A stretch of DNA of 63,166 bases, counting the filler, from Rhabdomonas costata (Eukaryota), in assembly GCA_019059605.1 (NCBI GenBank). It is 55 parts of 55 records of this genome, joined end to end, with 100 filler letters (N's around TTAATTAATTAA, not from the genome) between each part and the next. Parts side by side here need not be neighbours in the genome. Positions count along the whole stretch, not along the records: positions 51,765 to 52,813 come from JAHMHO010031394.1; positions 52,914 to 53,962 come from JAHMHO010031395.1; positions 54,063 to 55,111 come from JAHMHO010031396.1; positions 55,212 to 56,261 come from JAHMHO010031397.1; positions 56,362 to 57,421 come from JAHMHO010031398.1; positions 57,522 to 58,570 come from JAHMHO010031399.1; positions 58,671 to 59,719 come from JAHMHO010031400.1; positions 59,820 to 60,868 come from JAHMHO010031401.1; 47 more parts are not named here. The stretch is one strand, 5' to 3'. Below the pieces are notes generated by a model, which saw nothing but the letters and a program-made list of their open reading frames with translations, was not told the DNA's origin and did no database searches. Within the stretch, counting starts at the first letter, position 1, and the number at the start of each line of letters is the position of its first letter. The translations under genes were made by a program, and so were the position numbers. Of this stretch, positions 52,565-63,166 are shown one piece after another.

Positions 52565-52697
52565 CTTTCCCTCTGGGACACTGCTGGGCAAGAGCAGCTG
52601 GATAGCCTTCGGCCGCTGAGCTACCAGGGTTGCTCCGTGTTTTTGATATGCTTTGCGGTCAATAACCCCACCTCCTACCGCAACGTGTCTTCGAAAT
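52565..52697 (+). CDS. Rho-family small GTPase exon
   Basis: [41 protein letters not shown]. Confidence 0.9.
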
Positions 52698-54170
52698 GTA
52701 CTGCCCACTACGTTTAATTCGTTAAGTTTTAAGCATCTCCGAACTTTCCGAATTCTAAACAGATGAGCGGTCAATTGCGATCTTTATATACGTTATGTCC
52801 CGAAAACCTCCGANNNNNNNNNNNNNNNNNNNNNNNNNNNNNNNNNNNNNNNNNNNNTTAATTAATTAANNNNNNNNNNNNNNNNNNNNNNNNNNNNNNN
52901 NNNNNNNNNNNNNGTGTGGTGTTCGCTGGCTGAAGCAGAAGGAGTTCACGCGGCACCGTACGAAGCCTTGTGCCCAGGTCTGTTTCTTACTCACGTGCAC
53001 TGCTCCTTGCTATGGCTCTGCACTTTGGTGAGTATTGGCCTGTATTATTTTGTTGCCATCGCAGCCGACGCCCGCACTTTTGTCGGGTTGCCACACATAA
53101 TGTTTTTGGGTTGTGACGATTTTGGTGGTGGAATTGGGACTTTGCCATTTCGTTTACTCGCTCAACAGGCAAGTTTCGGAACGAATTGCTTTTTTTAGGC
53201 CGTGCGTTATGGCTAGAATCACGATACCGGCTGCAATCGGTCTCCTGTGGCGATGTAAAACATATGCAAGTATGCAAGTTTATACACTATCACGGTCACC
53301 AAACCAAAAAAACCAAAAGGAATAGGAAAAAACCAACAATGTATTCGAAATCCTCAGTTGAAGGTGGGTGAGAAAGGATTGCGTGAGATAATGATTGTGT
53401 TCGTGTCCCTGTGCACTTAGCATTGTTCAGATTTTGCTTGCTTGTAAGCGGTCAAGCTTCCCATTTAGCAAAAACCTATGAGTCAACGCTTCGCGCTGCC
53501 CTGCACGCAAAAAGGTACCCCGCGAGTGGCGCAGGCAGCGGCAGCGCACCTGTGTAGCCTGCGGAGTCCGGTTTGTGGTTGACGATAACACCCTGGGGTG
53601 CTGTCGCTACCACCCTGGCCGCCTGGTCCACGACGACGGGTACACTCTCCGCTCTTCCTTCTGTCACTTTTGGTTCAGGTCGGCGCTATACGCCTATTTC
53701 GGGAAGCAAAGGAATAGGCCTGCCGCAGTTGACTCGGCAGGCTCAATACTGTCGATTGCACTCAAATGGATAAAAATCATATATTCAAGAATTCATAAAG
53801 AACATAATTCAGACGGAATTGATTTGGAGAAAACGAAAGCCACTGCTTGCGCGTGATCTCTGTGTTGTCGGGCTCCGAAGACGCAGAAAGCAACCAGGGC
53901 AGCAAGTCGCTCGGCGATTGTATGGCTTACAATCTACGAGCGACTTGCTGCCCCCAACCCCCNNNNNNNNNNNNNNNNNNNNNNNNNNNNNNNNNNNNNN
54001 NNNNNNTTAATTAATTAANNNNNNNNNNNNNNNNNNNNNNNNNNNNNNNNNNNNNNNNNNNNGTTGTTTTGTTAAAATCCATTTTATAAACCATATCACC
54101 AAATACACTTTCAATTTCAATGTCATCATTATTTTCTAATTCATAAATTCTTGGTGTTGCACTCATAAAT

Positions 54171-55111
54171 AATATTTATGATGAAAATGATAATATGTAT
54201 CAAATCATTCATAGTAACAATTATATGTTATTTATGAGTGCAACACCAAGAATTTATGAACTAGAAGATAATGATGATATTGAAATTGAAAGTGTATTTG
54301 GTGAAATGGTTTAAAAAATGGATTTTAACGAAGCAATTACAAATGGATACATATGTGACTATGAAGTTGTTCTACCAGTTATTAAAGATTCGATGGATGA
54401 ATTAGATAAAATATCAATCGGTATTAGTCAAGAATTAAATAAAGAATTTAATAAAGATGATTTATTATTTCAAAAATGTTATTATTTATATGAATGTATA
54501 AAAAGATATGGATTTATGAAATGTATTTTATATTTTAGAGATACCAACGAAATTAAAGTATTTATTAAACTTTTTAATGAAATGAATGAATATTTTTATT
54601 ATGATTATGATATTAATGAAATTACATATAAAGATAATAGAAAAATAAGAAATGAGAAACTGAATAGATTTTGTAAAAGTGATAAAATGCAGTTTCTATG
54701 CTCAGTAAATATATTAGACGAAGCCATTGATATTAGAGAATGTGATACAATTTATTGATGAAAATAAAAAACGACCAATATCAAAATCAAAAAACAACAA
54801 TGAAAAAATATTAGGTAAATGGATATCAACACAACAAAAAAATTAAAATTAAAAAGAATAATATGAAATGTGTTATTGGCATACAAGTATATAGAGGTCT
54901 AGTTTGGGATGAAATGCTTGATAAAGTTAAGAAGTTTATTGATGAAAATAAAAAGAGACCATCATCAAAATCAAAAAACAAAGATGAAAAAATATTAGGT
55001 TCATGGATATTAAATCAACAAAATAGTTATAACAAAAAAGAACGTCTAATGAAATCAAAAGAAATTTACGATAAATGGACAGAATTTGTTGAAGAATATG
55101 AAGAATATTTT
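54171..55111 (+). pseudogene. Disrupted SF2 helicase with helicase-associated repeats, giant-virus-like
   Basis: Very AT-rich and intronless; LFMSATP (motif III), NGYICDY, SVNILDEAIDIRECD (motif V), W..LDKVKKFIDENKKRPS...LGSWI; in-frame TAA stops and rearrangement. Confidence 0.75.
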
Positions 55112-55874
55112 NNNNNNNNNNNNNNNNNNNNNNNNNNNNNNNNNNNNNNNNNNNNTTAATTAATTAANNNNNNNNNNNNNNNNNNNNNNNNNNNNNNNNN
55201 NNNNNNNNNNNTGTTGGTAAGCCAAAAAAATTTCCAAAAAAAACGCGAAGCCCTGGTAAATGATTGCACCAACATTGGCCAAGATTAGATTCAGACCCGT
55301 GAAGAGCGGGGTGGATTGCAATGGTTTCAGAACCTCTCTTCGTGATTTTATGACCACGTATCGTATCGAGGATAAGGGTGACCATCATCCCGCAATGGTA
55401 GATGGGAGGGAATGGGAACAAGGTTAAGGGATAGGACAACGTGGGAGGGGAGGTATTTACCCCAGGGGCCCTCCACAATGGGCAGCGATGACCAGAAAGA
55501 AGAGGCAACCCCTGGTCCTCCACGAGTGAAGGAGGATAGGCCAAAAGCCGAAAATGGGGACAGCACCCGTCAGAAACGTAAGTCGTCATTCGAAGGAAGC
55601 ACCAGAGAGAGGCAACAGCCAGGGCCAGTAGCCGAGAGCAGAGAAGGGTCGGGGAAAGATGGCGGTGGGGATCAAGTATGGAGCATCCAGGGAGAACAGA
55701 GACGCAGAGCAGGAGAGGCCGACGGCAGGAAAGGGACCCCTTTGTGCACCCCAGGGAGGAGCACCTAGAACGAACCCGCGTAGAGACGGACCCAGTGCGC
55801 AGAGGTACAAGCGGACCATCGAGCATCGCAAGAAATCAGAGCCCTTATGCTAGGGCCAACGGGAAGCCAAAGTA

Positions 55875-56250
55875 CGCCGACGCACCAGGGCCGGAGTCAG
55901 TGAGGCAACCGCGAGGTACCGGAGGCTCAGCTGAAGAGAGCAGGAATAGCCCGCACCGAGACAATAGAGCGATTTGCTGGCACGGCAACGCTGTAGATAC
56001 CGGTGCTGCCCGTTCACCCATCCGAAAGAAAAGCTCCAAGTAAGAAAAGGCCCCAGCCCCCAAGGAAGGAGTGTGCAGTCGCAGAGACCTGAGCAGCAAC
56101 GGAGCAACGCAGGTAGCCGCCGGAAGGAGCAACTGATCGACAATGGCCCGGGACCCGTGGCCAACAGCGCGTGCGCCAGTCAGTCCAGAATGGTCACCAA
56201 CAACCAACCAACCAGTCAACCAGGCAACAGCCAGCGCGCAATGCGCCCAA
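55875..56250 (+). mobile_element. Repeat family A, longest copy (may extend to the contig start at 55212)
   Basis: Reverse complement of the other copies; ends GCGCGCAATGCGCCCAA then CACAC. Confidence 0.85.
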
Positions 56251-56361
56251 CACACACCAACNNNNNNNNNNNNNNNNNNNNNNNNNNNNNNNNNNNNNNN
56301 NNNNNTTAATTAATTAANNNNNNNNNNNNNNNNNNNNNNNNNNNNNNNNNNNNNNNNNNNN

Positions 56362-56364
56362 GGT

Positions 56365-56415
<51 letters not shown>

Positions 56416-56651
56416 GGGCGCATTGCGCGCAGGCAACTTGACTGGTTGCTTGGTTGTTGGTGACTTGGTGACCCCTGTGGACTAGCAGGCGCACGCGCTG
56501 TTGGCCACGGGTGCTCGCGAGAGGTGCCGTTGGAGCGAACGGTGCCGTGGGGAACCGGAACCGGCTCACCGCCGAACGTTCCACATCTGGTACCTTCCCT
56601 TCTGTCCCACGGGTCCCGGGCCATTGTCGCGCAGCTCCTGTTTTCCGTCGG
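56362..56651 (-). mobile_element. (GT)n tract plus repeat family A copy (56414-~56651)
   Basis: Same terminus as the 26654 and 56250 copies, directly abutting (GT)n. Confidence 0.85.
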
Positions 56652-56819
56652 TCCGGTGCAGATGTTCCATTGTCGGCATCGATTCGCAGCTTGCAACAAC
56701 GGAAAAGTGCTTGCAAGCCAATACTGCTTTTTATAGGGTACAGTCTCCCCACTCCCAACAAAGGTCACTCCACGCCATATGTACGGGGTGAGGGGATGAG
56801 GGCAGAAAGGCGGAGGGAC

Positions 56820-56891
56820 CTTCAGTGCGGCATCAGCAGATATGACTACTTCCCATGGGATGCTGACAATCGCCTCCCCGGCGGGAATCAA
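56820..56891 (-). CDS. SET-domain (LSMT/SETD3-like) exon
   Basis: LIPAGEAIVSIPWEVVISADAALK; 72-nt phase-0 exon. Confidence 0.5.
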
Positions 56892-58063
56892 CTGCGAATC
56901 AGCGAGAAACAAAAACGTCACACAAGAGCGCGAATTCCCTTTCCCGCAATGGCTCACAATGGCTAAGCATGTACGTTGTGTGATGTGTGGTGCAAAAAAC
57001 GGATAGACGAATAGAGAAGGACATCCTCAAAAAATGCCCCCAGAAGTCACCGCAACAGAAAGCACACCATGATTCAGATGTAGAACGATGCAAGAAGATC
57101 ATCAATGAACCCAGTCACCACTGCACCGTGCTTTCGATCTGATCCTAATTAGCATCTGGGCTCCAGAAAGGTTCAATAATAGACTTTTTCATCGTCGTGG
57201 CAACGGCAGAAAAACAATAGAATTCCAGCACGTGCCGTTTTACACAAAGAAACGCCACGCGAAAGAAAAACAAAAAGACAAGTCATGCAGGCACATGTGG
57301 AGGAGAGGATGCAAGGACACAACACGTGCAACAAGCCGTTAGAACAAAAAAACTTTACTCCATCCCGCCCTGAAATATCTGTTGGTCCACCTATCCAAAG
57401 GAGCCGAATTCACACCCCACCNNNNNNNNNNNNNNNNNNNNNNNNNNNNNNNNNNNNNNNNNNNNTTAATTAATTAANNNNNNNNNNNNNNNNNNNNNNN
57501 NNNNNNNNNNNNNNNNNNNNNGGGGGCCTCTGTGGCCACCCCGCTGGCGGTGGAGGGCAACCTGGGAGGAGATATCTGGTGTGCTAGCTTCACTAAGGAC
57601 ACTGGGGAGGGGGCTACGAATGACAATCGTCCTCGCAATGCAAAATACAAACATTATATCGGTCGTGTCACGTTAGAAGTTTGAGGTGAGTGATAATGAA
57701 AGAGATTTCGAAAAGCAAGCTTTACAGATGTGAGATATGGGGTGAAAGGCCAGTTATTTGACCACCCGTTGCCGTTTCCTGATCCGAAAATGCCTGATTT
57801 GGTACACGCACTTTTGTGAGTTGTGACGTTTTTGAGGCGACATTGAGAATACTTCCCAAGGCCCGCAGAAGTTCCCGTCTCTTCCCAAAGGTTGATGTTT
57901 CTAAATCCAAAGGCCTTGATATATGCAACCCAACCTGGTCAAGCAATGGGCTGAAATGTGAGGTAGTGGCACAGATCAATCTAAGGTTTGGATGTGGTTT
58001 TCCCTTTCCAGAACCGAGCGCGAGGGTTCCTGTCTTTCCCTGCTTTCCTTGTTCTTCTTCCAG

Positions 58064-58568
58064 CCCCATCGGGATGTACTGCCCTCTGGGCAGCGCTGTG
58101 GGGATTCCCTGCCCTCCGGGCACGTACTCCTCGGATGCCGGGCTCACCAATGTCACCCAGTGCGCGGTGTGGGGGTGGGTGGGTGGCGGGTGCCCTCATT
58201 GTGCTTTGGTTTCAGTCATCGATTTGCAGTCGCTGGTTATATCGGCCTTGGATTCGAAATCGCACTTGCAGAATGGAGCAACTGCCCACAGTCCATCATA
58301 GGTCAGGGTTCTGTTTTTACTACTCTACTGCTCTGATGTTTGAATCGCCATGGGTCTTACACAGGCTGTTGAACCCACCGCTCGTCACACACCGGCTGGA
58401 GCGTCGTTACCGTGCTCCCGTGCAGGGTGAAAACATAATTTCACCTTTCGGAACTGGAACTGGAACTTTCCTCGTTTGATGAAGCGGTTGTGCCTTCCCC
58501 TCTGAATACAACCTCTTGTCCTCCCTCCACTTCCGCTCTTGCCTCAGCCATGCCCTCCGGGCTACTAC
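58064..58568 (+). CDS. Cys-rich repeat (GCC2/GCC3, ephrin-receptor-like) surface protein; exons 58064-58166 and 58548-contig end
   Basis: PIGMYCPLGS..IPCPPGTYS...QCA|PCPPGYY. Confidence 0.8.
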
Positions 58569-59128
58569 ACNNNNNNNNNNNNNNNNNNNNNNNNNNNNNN
58601 NNNNNNNNNNNNNNTTAATTAATTAANNNNNNNNNNNNNNNNNNNNNNNNNNNNNNNNNNNNNNNNNNNNCGACGAGGTTGAGGAGAGCATTCCACATAC
58701 CCCATTGCAATTCACCGCCCTTGGTGCAGCACTTTGCTTGGCTGAGAGACTCACTGCTATCCGGTTTTTGTCGACATGCGGAGATAATTCCGCATGTTTT
58801 GACTTGGCTTTGGCTCCGTTTTGAGAATATACACTCAATTAAACTCCATTGCTCCGTTTTTTTGTATGAAAAATTGTGGGATACCTGTGAGGCACAACTT
58901 GGATCCTTGGGTCAAGCTGGATTTTTTATCTATTGGAAATCGGATCGGAGTGTGTAGAAAAAAGTTGGGAACTTTCAAAAACAATCAAATTGGACTTCCT
59001 TTTGTTGTGGGTTTTGCCTTGCATGAAGACTGCTAGCTTTTTTCTGCTCCGGCCGTTGTTTGAGCCTTTTGTTATAAAGGCACGGGCTGCATGTTGCGGG
59101 GGTGGGATGGGTACAGTGTGCTGCAAAG

Positions 59129-59695
59129 GCCACCTACCGCCTCGCTGGTGGTTCCGGAACCATCATCTCAAGTGGGGACCTGCGGTGCCCTAAGGACCCC
59201 TCGCAGGGTGCCCGCCCAGCGGCCGAAGCGTGCGTTCTTGACCGCAGGCACGTATTTATTTACAGTCACACGTCTTCTCTCTCTGTTTGTGCCCACCAAA
59301 GCTCCCTTTCTCTCTCTTTCTTTTTCGCATATGCAGCTGTGGTCACCACATACATTGTAAACTGCACCTACGGTGAGGGGTAAGGGAGCAAGCTCGTGTG
59401 AGTGCTGCACTGTTTACTCCTCGTATATTCGAAGCCCACGGTCGGATTTTTTTAACTTCCTGGTTTGCTACAAACGCCCATGCAAATGCAGCCCGAATGC
59501 ATCCCCATGTGTACACCACTTAGTCAGCTGTTAACCGAACTACAACAGTAAATCTGGGCCATAGGAATTTCATGTGCTCTCTCAGGTATGCGGACGCCAC
59601 GGCCGTTCACGGGCCTCTGGTAAGAGATGTCGTGCAGATTGGGAACTTGAATGTGACCACCACTTTTGTGGCGGTGCTGAACGAAAGCCCCCCAG
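59129..59695 (+). CDS. Pepsin-like aspartic protease; exons 59129-59184, 59337-59372, 59586-~59695
   Basis: Spliced ...SGDLR|CGHHIHCKLHLR|YADATAVHGPLVRDVVQIG matches the flap region; phases consistent. Confidence 0.65.
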
Positions 59696-61460
59696 GCCGG
59701 CACGTTACCCCCCCACACANNNNNNNNNNNNNNNNNNNNNNNNNNNNNNNNNNNNNNNNNNNNTTAATTAATTAANNNNNNNNNNNNNNNNNNNNNNNNN
59801 NNNNNNNNNNNNNNNNNNNGCGTCCTTGTGCACACCTTGCGTACCATTGGGGTTTTTGTGCGATTCCTCCACTTTGCACGTTTTGCGCGCTCCATGTCGA
59901 TACCTTTCTTGAAATTGCCGGAGTCCGTGTCGCTGGCTACATTCAAAGTGCACCGCAAACTCAGCCAACCAAACCGGGTGTCCCACACACTGCCTATTGT
60001 TGATATTCTGCACCTCATCCAAGGAACCACCTCTGTGACGTGCAGTGTAGACAAGAAGAATTTTATTGAGAGTGATTTTTGCTGACGGAAGCGCAATTAT
60101 ACATAAACCGCGGGAATAAGGGGAGAAATTGGCGTAGGCAGGGCCATCTCCGGAGATTATGATGCCCATGGGCAAAAAATGCCAACGGGCCCGACTGAAG
60201 TGGTTACAGGGACGTCGTGGCTGCCGTGTGACCATCTGCAAATCACGCGTTTCCTTATTCCTGCCCAGTCCGAACCTGAAAGTACTGTTCTACTATTCTT
60301 CAAATGTGGAGCCTCCTCCACACTGGCGCTGGCGTTGGAATTGATGGCGTAGTACTTCGAGCGGGCGGCCTTTCTGTTGGTGAGGTGGTCCAAGTAGAAC
60401 CCCATCCGTGGTGCCTCTGGCACCGCGGGCTGACCCTTTGCAGCTCTCGGAGCTCTCGGATGGCCTGCTCTGTGGTGTCTCACGGCTTAGGGTCCGGTTC
60501 CACACCTCCATATTGTGCGCTGCGTCAACCACGTCCTCATAGCAACTGTGGAGGGAGGACCATCCCCAGGATGGCCGATGGCGGGCCACCAGGTAGGACC
60601 ATGCAGAATACTGGTCATGAACCCCAACCCCGCAGAGCTCGGAACGAGCAGAGAGAGAGAAGCCATTGTCAGCAAGGAAATGTGAACCAAAAACACAAAA
60701 GAAGCCTGTTGCGTGGCACTGTGGCTGAATCTGATGTATACACCCAATGGATCCGGAAGCGTGAAAGAAGTCCCCATGACAGAGACTGAAGCGTATGCGG
60801 GGATTTTTTGCAACGCTCTCGGATACATTGGGTGTATACATCAGATTCAGCCACAGTGCCACACAACANNNNNNNNNNNNNNNNNNNNNNNNNNNNNNNN
60901 NNNNNNNNNNNNTTAATTAATTAANNNNNNNNNNNNNNNNNNNNNNNNNNNNNNNNNNNNNNNNNNNNGGGTGGTTTGCCCCATGGGTTTATGAAGGCTG
61001 GGGAGAGACGTCGATATGGGGGACAGTCATTGCAAACATGTCCTGAACTGCCGCTGCAGTCACCCCCGGCAGCATCTGTTTTGTCCCAGGCGACACGTGT
61101 AAGGCTTCTTAACTTTCTGCAAGGTCTTCTGTCATGTCCTAATAGGTGAACATGACGTGCATACCATGGGATGCGGGAAATGCCATGTAAATGGTGGGTT
61201 GGGGGGGGGGTCCCAACATGCACCAGTTTTATTATTGCCTGGATCCCACAATCCGCAAACAAACCCAAAGAGCGGCCGAACCCGCCCGCGCGGGTGGTTC
61301 TGGTGACACATTTGGTTCCCCAGCGATTGAAGGAAAAAACAGTGTGGCTAGAACCCGTGGCACAACACTATCCTTTTTTCGATGCAAACCATGGCAAGGG
61401 CACACGCGCCAATTCTTTCTTGCTTTGTGTGCGGCTGCTGGTTTTCGCAGAACTTGCCAG

Positions 61461-61618
61461 GTGATCGCCACCCTAACCATGGGCAAGACAGAGCGGGAGC
61501 AAATGGCCTTGGATGGAGACCCTGTCGAGCCGGAGTCCCCTTCGGTGACCTCTGCGGGGCCATTCCTGTGCGGCCCACAGGCCATCGGGTTTTCCCCCGA
61601 TGGGACTTACTTCTACAG
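61461..61618 (+). CDS. Beta-propeller-like exon
   Basis: VIATLTMG...GPQAIGFSPDGTYFY with AG/GT borders. Confidence 0.55.
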
Positions 61619-62117
61619 GTCGTAACCGCTGGGGCGTCTATGCACTATGCACAAGAAACCGTCCCAACTAGGACGTTGAGAAAACCGGCAAGGGAACCGG
61701 GACACCTCAGCCGTAAAGAAGGAGCCGACCCGCCCGTTAAAGCACCAACGGACCCGGGGGCACACCATGGGCTCCAGCAGGGTGGTCTACGTGAGAGCCT
61801 TGAGAGGTTTACAATATGACCCCGATCTGTGGGGGATGCAAATCTCATCAACAACTCGACAACGGCATATCAGACAAAAAATGGAAAATGAAAAATGAGT
61901 CTCCCGCTCAGATAAAATTCTGCTGAGTACTGGTGTTTTTGTGGCACATGCGGATGTGCTTCCTGGAGCTTAGTGCGCGTAGGGTTTGGGTTTGTTGGTA
62001 CATATGGGGGGGGGGGGNNNNNNNNNNNNNNNNNNNNNNNNNNNNNNNNNNNNNNNNNNNNTTAATTAATTAANNNNNNNNNNNNNNNNNNNNNNNNNNN
62101 NNNNNNNNNNNNNNNNN

Positions 62118-62679
62118 GAGGCAACTACCTGGAGTACCAGAACTTGAAGGACTGGGAGAAGGTACCTTACATGGGCGACGACGAGTTTTTACAATCAGCA
62201 CTCCTGCTTCCTCGTCTTCTCACCCAAAGCACAACAAACCCTGACACTGACTTTGGTCAGTGGCTTCGCCATTCGGAGCGGGCCTCGTGGGATGGAACAC
62301 AGACATCACTCTTCGCGATTGTGCCAAGATGAAGGGAAACGATTAACACCGCAGTCTCGTCTGCCGTGTGCCTGTGCCTTTTCTCGTTTTTATCCTCAGT
62401 TTTTAGGCTGGAACCTGTGCGCATCAATAGTATTGTGCAATGGTAGGCAAAGCTGTTGTTGGTTCAGTGCTCACGCTTTCTTCCCATCATCGCCATTACC
62501 ACCACCATTACTACCGCCATTTTCTTTTGCTCACAAGGCGACGCATACTCAATTCATCTGTTTATTTGCGCTTGCAGCAGCTGCAGCAGAACCGCAAGCA
62601 TGTGATTTACGGTGGAACTGAGATGCTCAACGCGGAGGGGTTTCTGCAGCAGCTGGCCTTCCTCGGGCAGAACCCCTGA
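62118..62679 (+). CDS. SLY1: Sec1/Munc18 family Sly1, last two exons (62118-62161, 62578-62679)
   Basis: GNYLEYQNL...|...KHVIYGGTEMLNAEGFLQQLAFLG-stop. Confidence 0.9.
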
Positions 62680-63166
62680 GGGGCCCCTTCCTCTCTTGTA
62701 CCTGCCCATGTGCGTGCGTGCCCGTGCAAGAAGACAAAGACCCTCCCTCACTCTTTCTGTGATTTTGTATGCTTCCTGTGCTTCCCCACAATTATGTTGC
62801 TGACAAGAAAGGGTGCATCCTCAGCTTTCCGTATTCATGTGGACAGGCTGTCTGCGCAGGCCGTCCTCACAATGGCGTTTCGGATGTTCCCTCACATTCA
62901 TTTGTGGAAACGTCTCTTCAGTGGTTCAGTGGTTTTTGTGGTGACGTTTTGTGCTCAATGATGCGCTAGCCTTAAAACTTGTGGATGGCTGTGCGTGGCT
63001 TTTCATTTCTGAGCAGAGCTACATTTTGCGTGTATTTCGGACTTCTCGATTTGCTGTCTTTTTTTTTTAGTAGTGTGCATTTGTGGTAGGTGGTGCCCAC
63101 CCCTGCAATGTGAGTCTCGGTGCATTTTGTCCACCCCCCCCTTTTGCATTTTCCCTTGTCTTCCGT

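Noticed and set aside
52332..52812. ~120-bp perfect inverted repeat enclosing the Rho exon, resembling a gene-capturing transposon
   Set aside because: The arm includes the exon end and donor, switches at the palindrome TTCGAA and runs to the contig end: inversion chimera
54312..54314. In-frame TAA as possible stop-codon reassignment
   Set aside because: The inverted copy has TAT at this codon, the other TAAs align to different residues, and the locus is also rearranged; host exons show no internal stops
1051..62117. Regularly spaced TTAATTAATTAA repeats resembling an array, and ORFs ending in XXX-LIN
   Set aside because: Artificial concatenation spacers; not CRISPR and not biological

Overview
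This window is not one locus. It is 55 unrelated contigs of about 1.05 kb joined by 54 artificial 100-nt spacers (N44-TTAATTAATTAA-N44). Most contigs start with a G/T-only run and end with an A/C-only run, and several carry perfect fold-backs at their edges. These are signs of whole-genome amplification with degenerate primers, so cross-spacer synteny and edge hairpins carry no biological meaning. The DNA is from an intron-rich eukaryote, most likely a euglenid or other euglenozoan (inference from a structured non-GT/AG intron candidate and a ZC3H41-like protein). Recognisable exon fragments are eIF2-gamma, a DYRK kinase, cobalamin-dependent Met synthase, MFSD12, a metallophosphoesterase, START, BUB3/RAE1-type WD40, HIS3, EGF and Cys-rich repeat proteins, a NOTUM/pectinacetylesterase, a Rho GTPase, an aspartic protease and Sly1. 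Four observations stand out. (1) An abundant (CA)n/(GT)n-anchored repeat family has one fixed hairpin end and variable truncation at the other end, like a microsatellite-targeting retroposon. (2) A candidate nonconventional stem-loop intron lies at 24664-24936. (3) Several splice donors appear to be GC rather than GT. (4) An AT-rich, decayed giant-virus-like SF2 helicase contig contains two diverged copies of the same segment.
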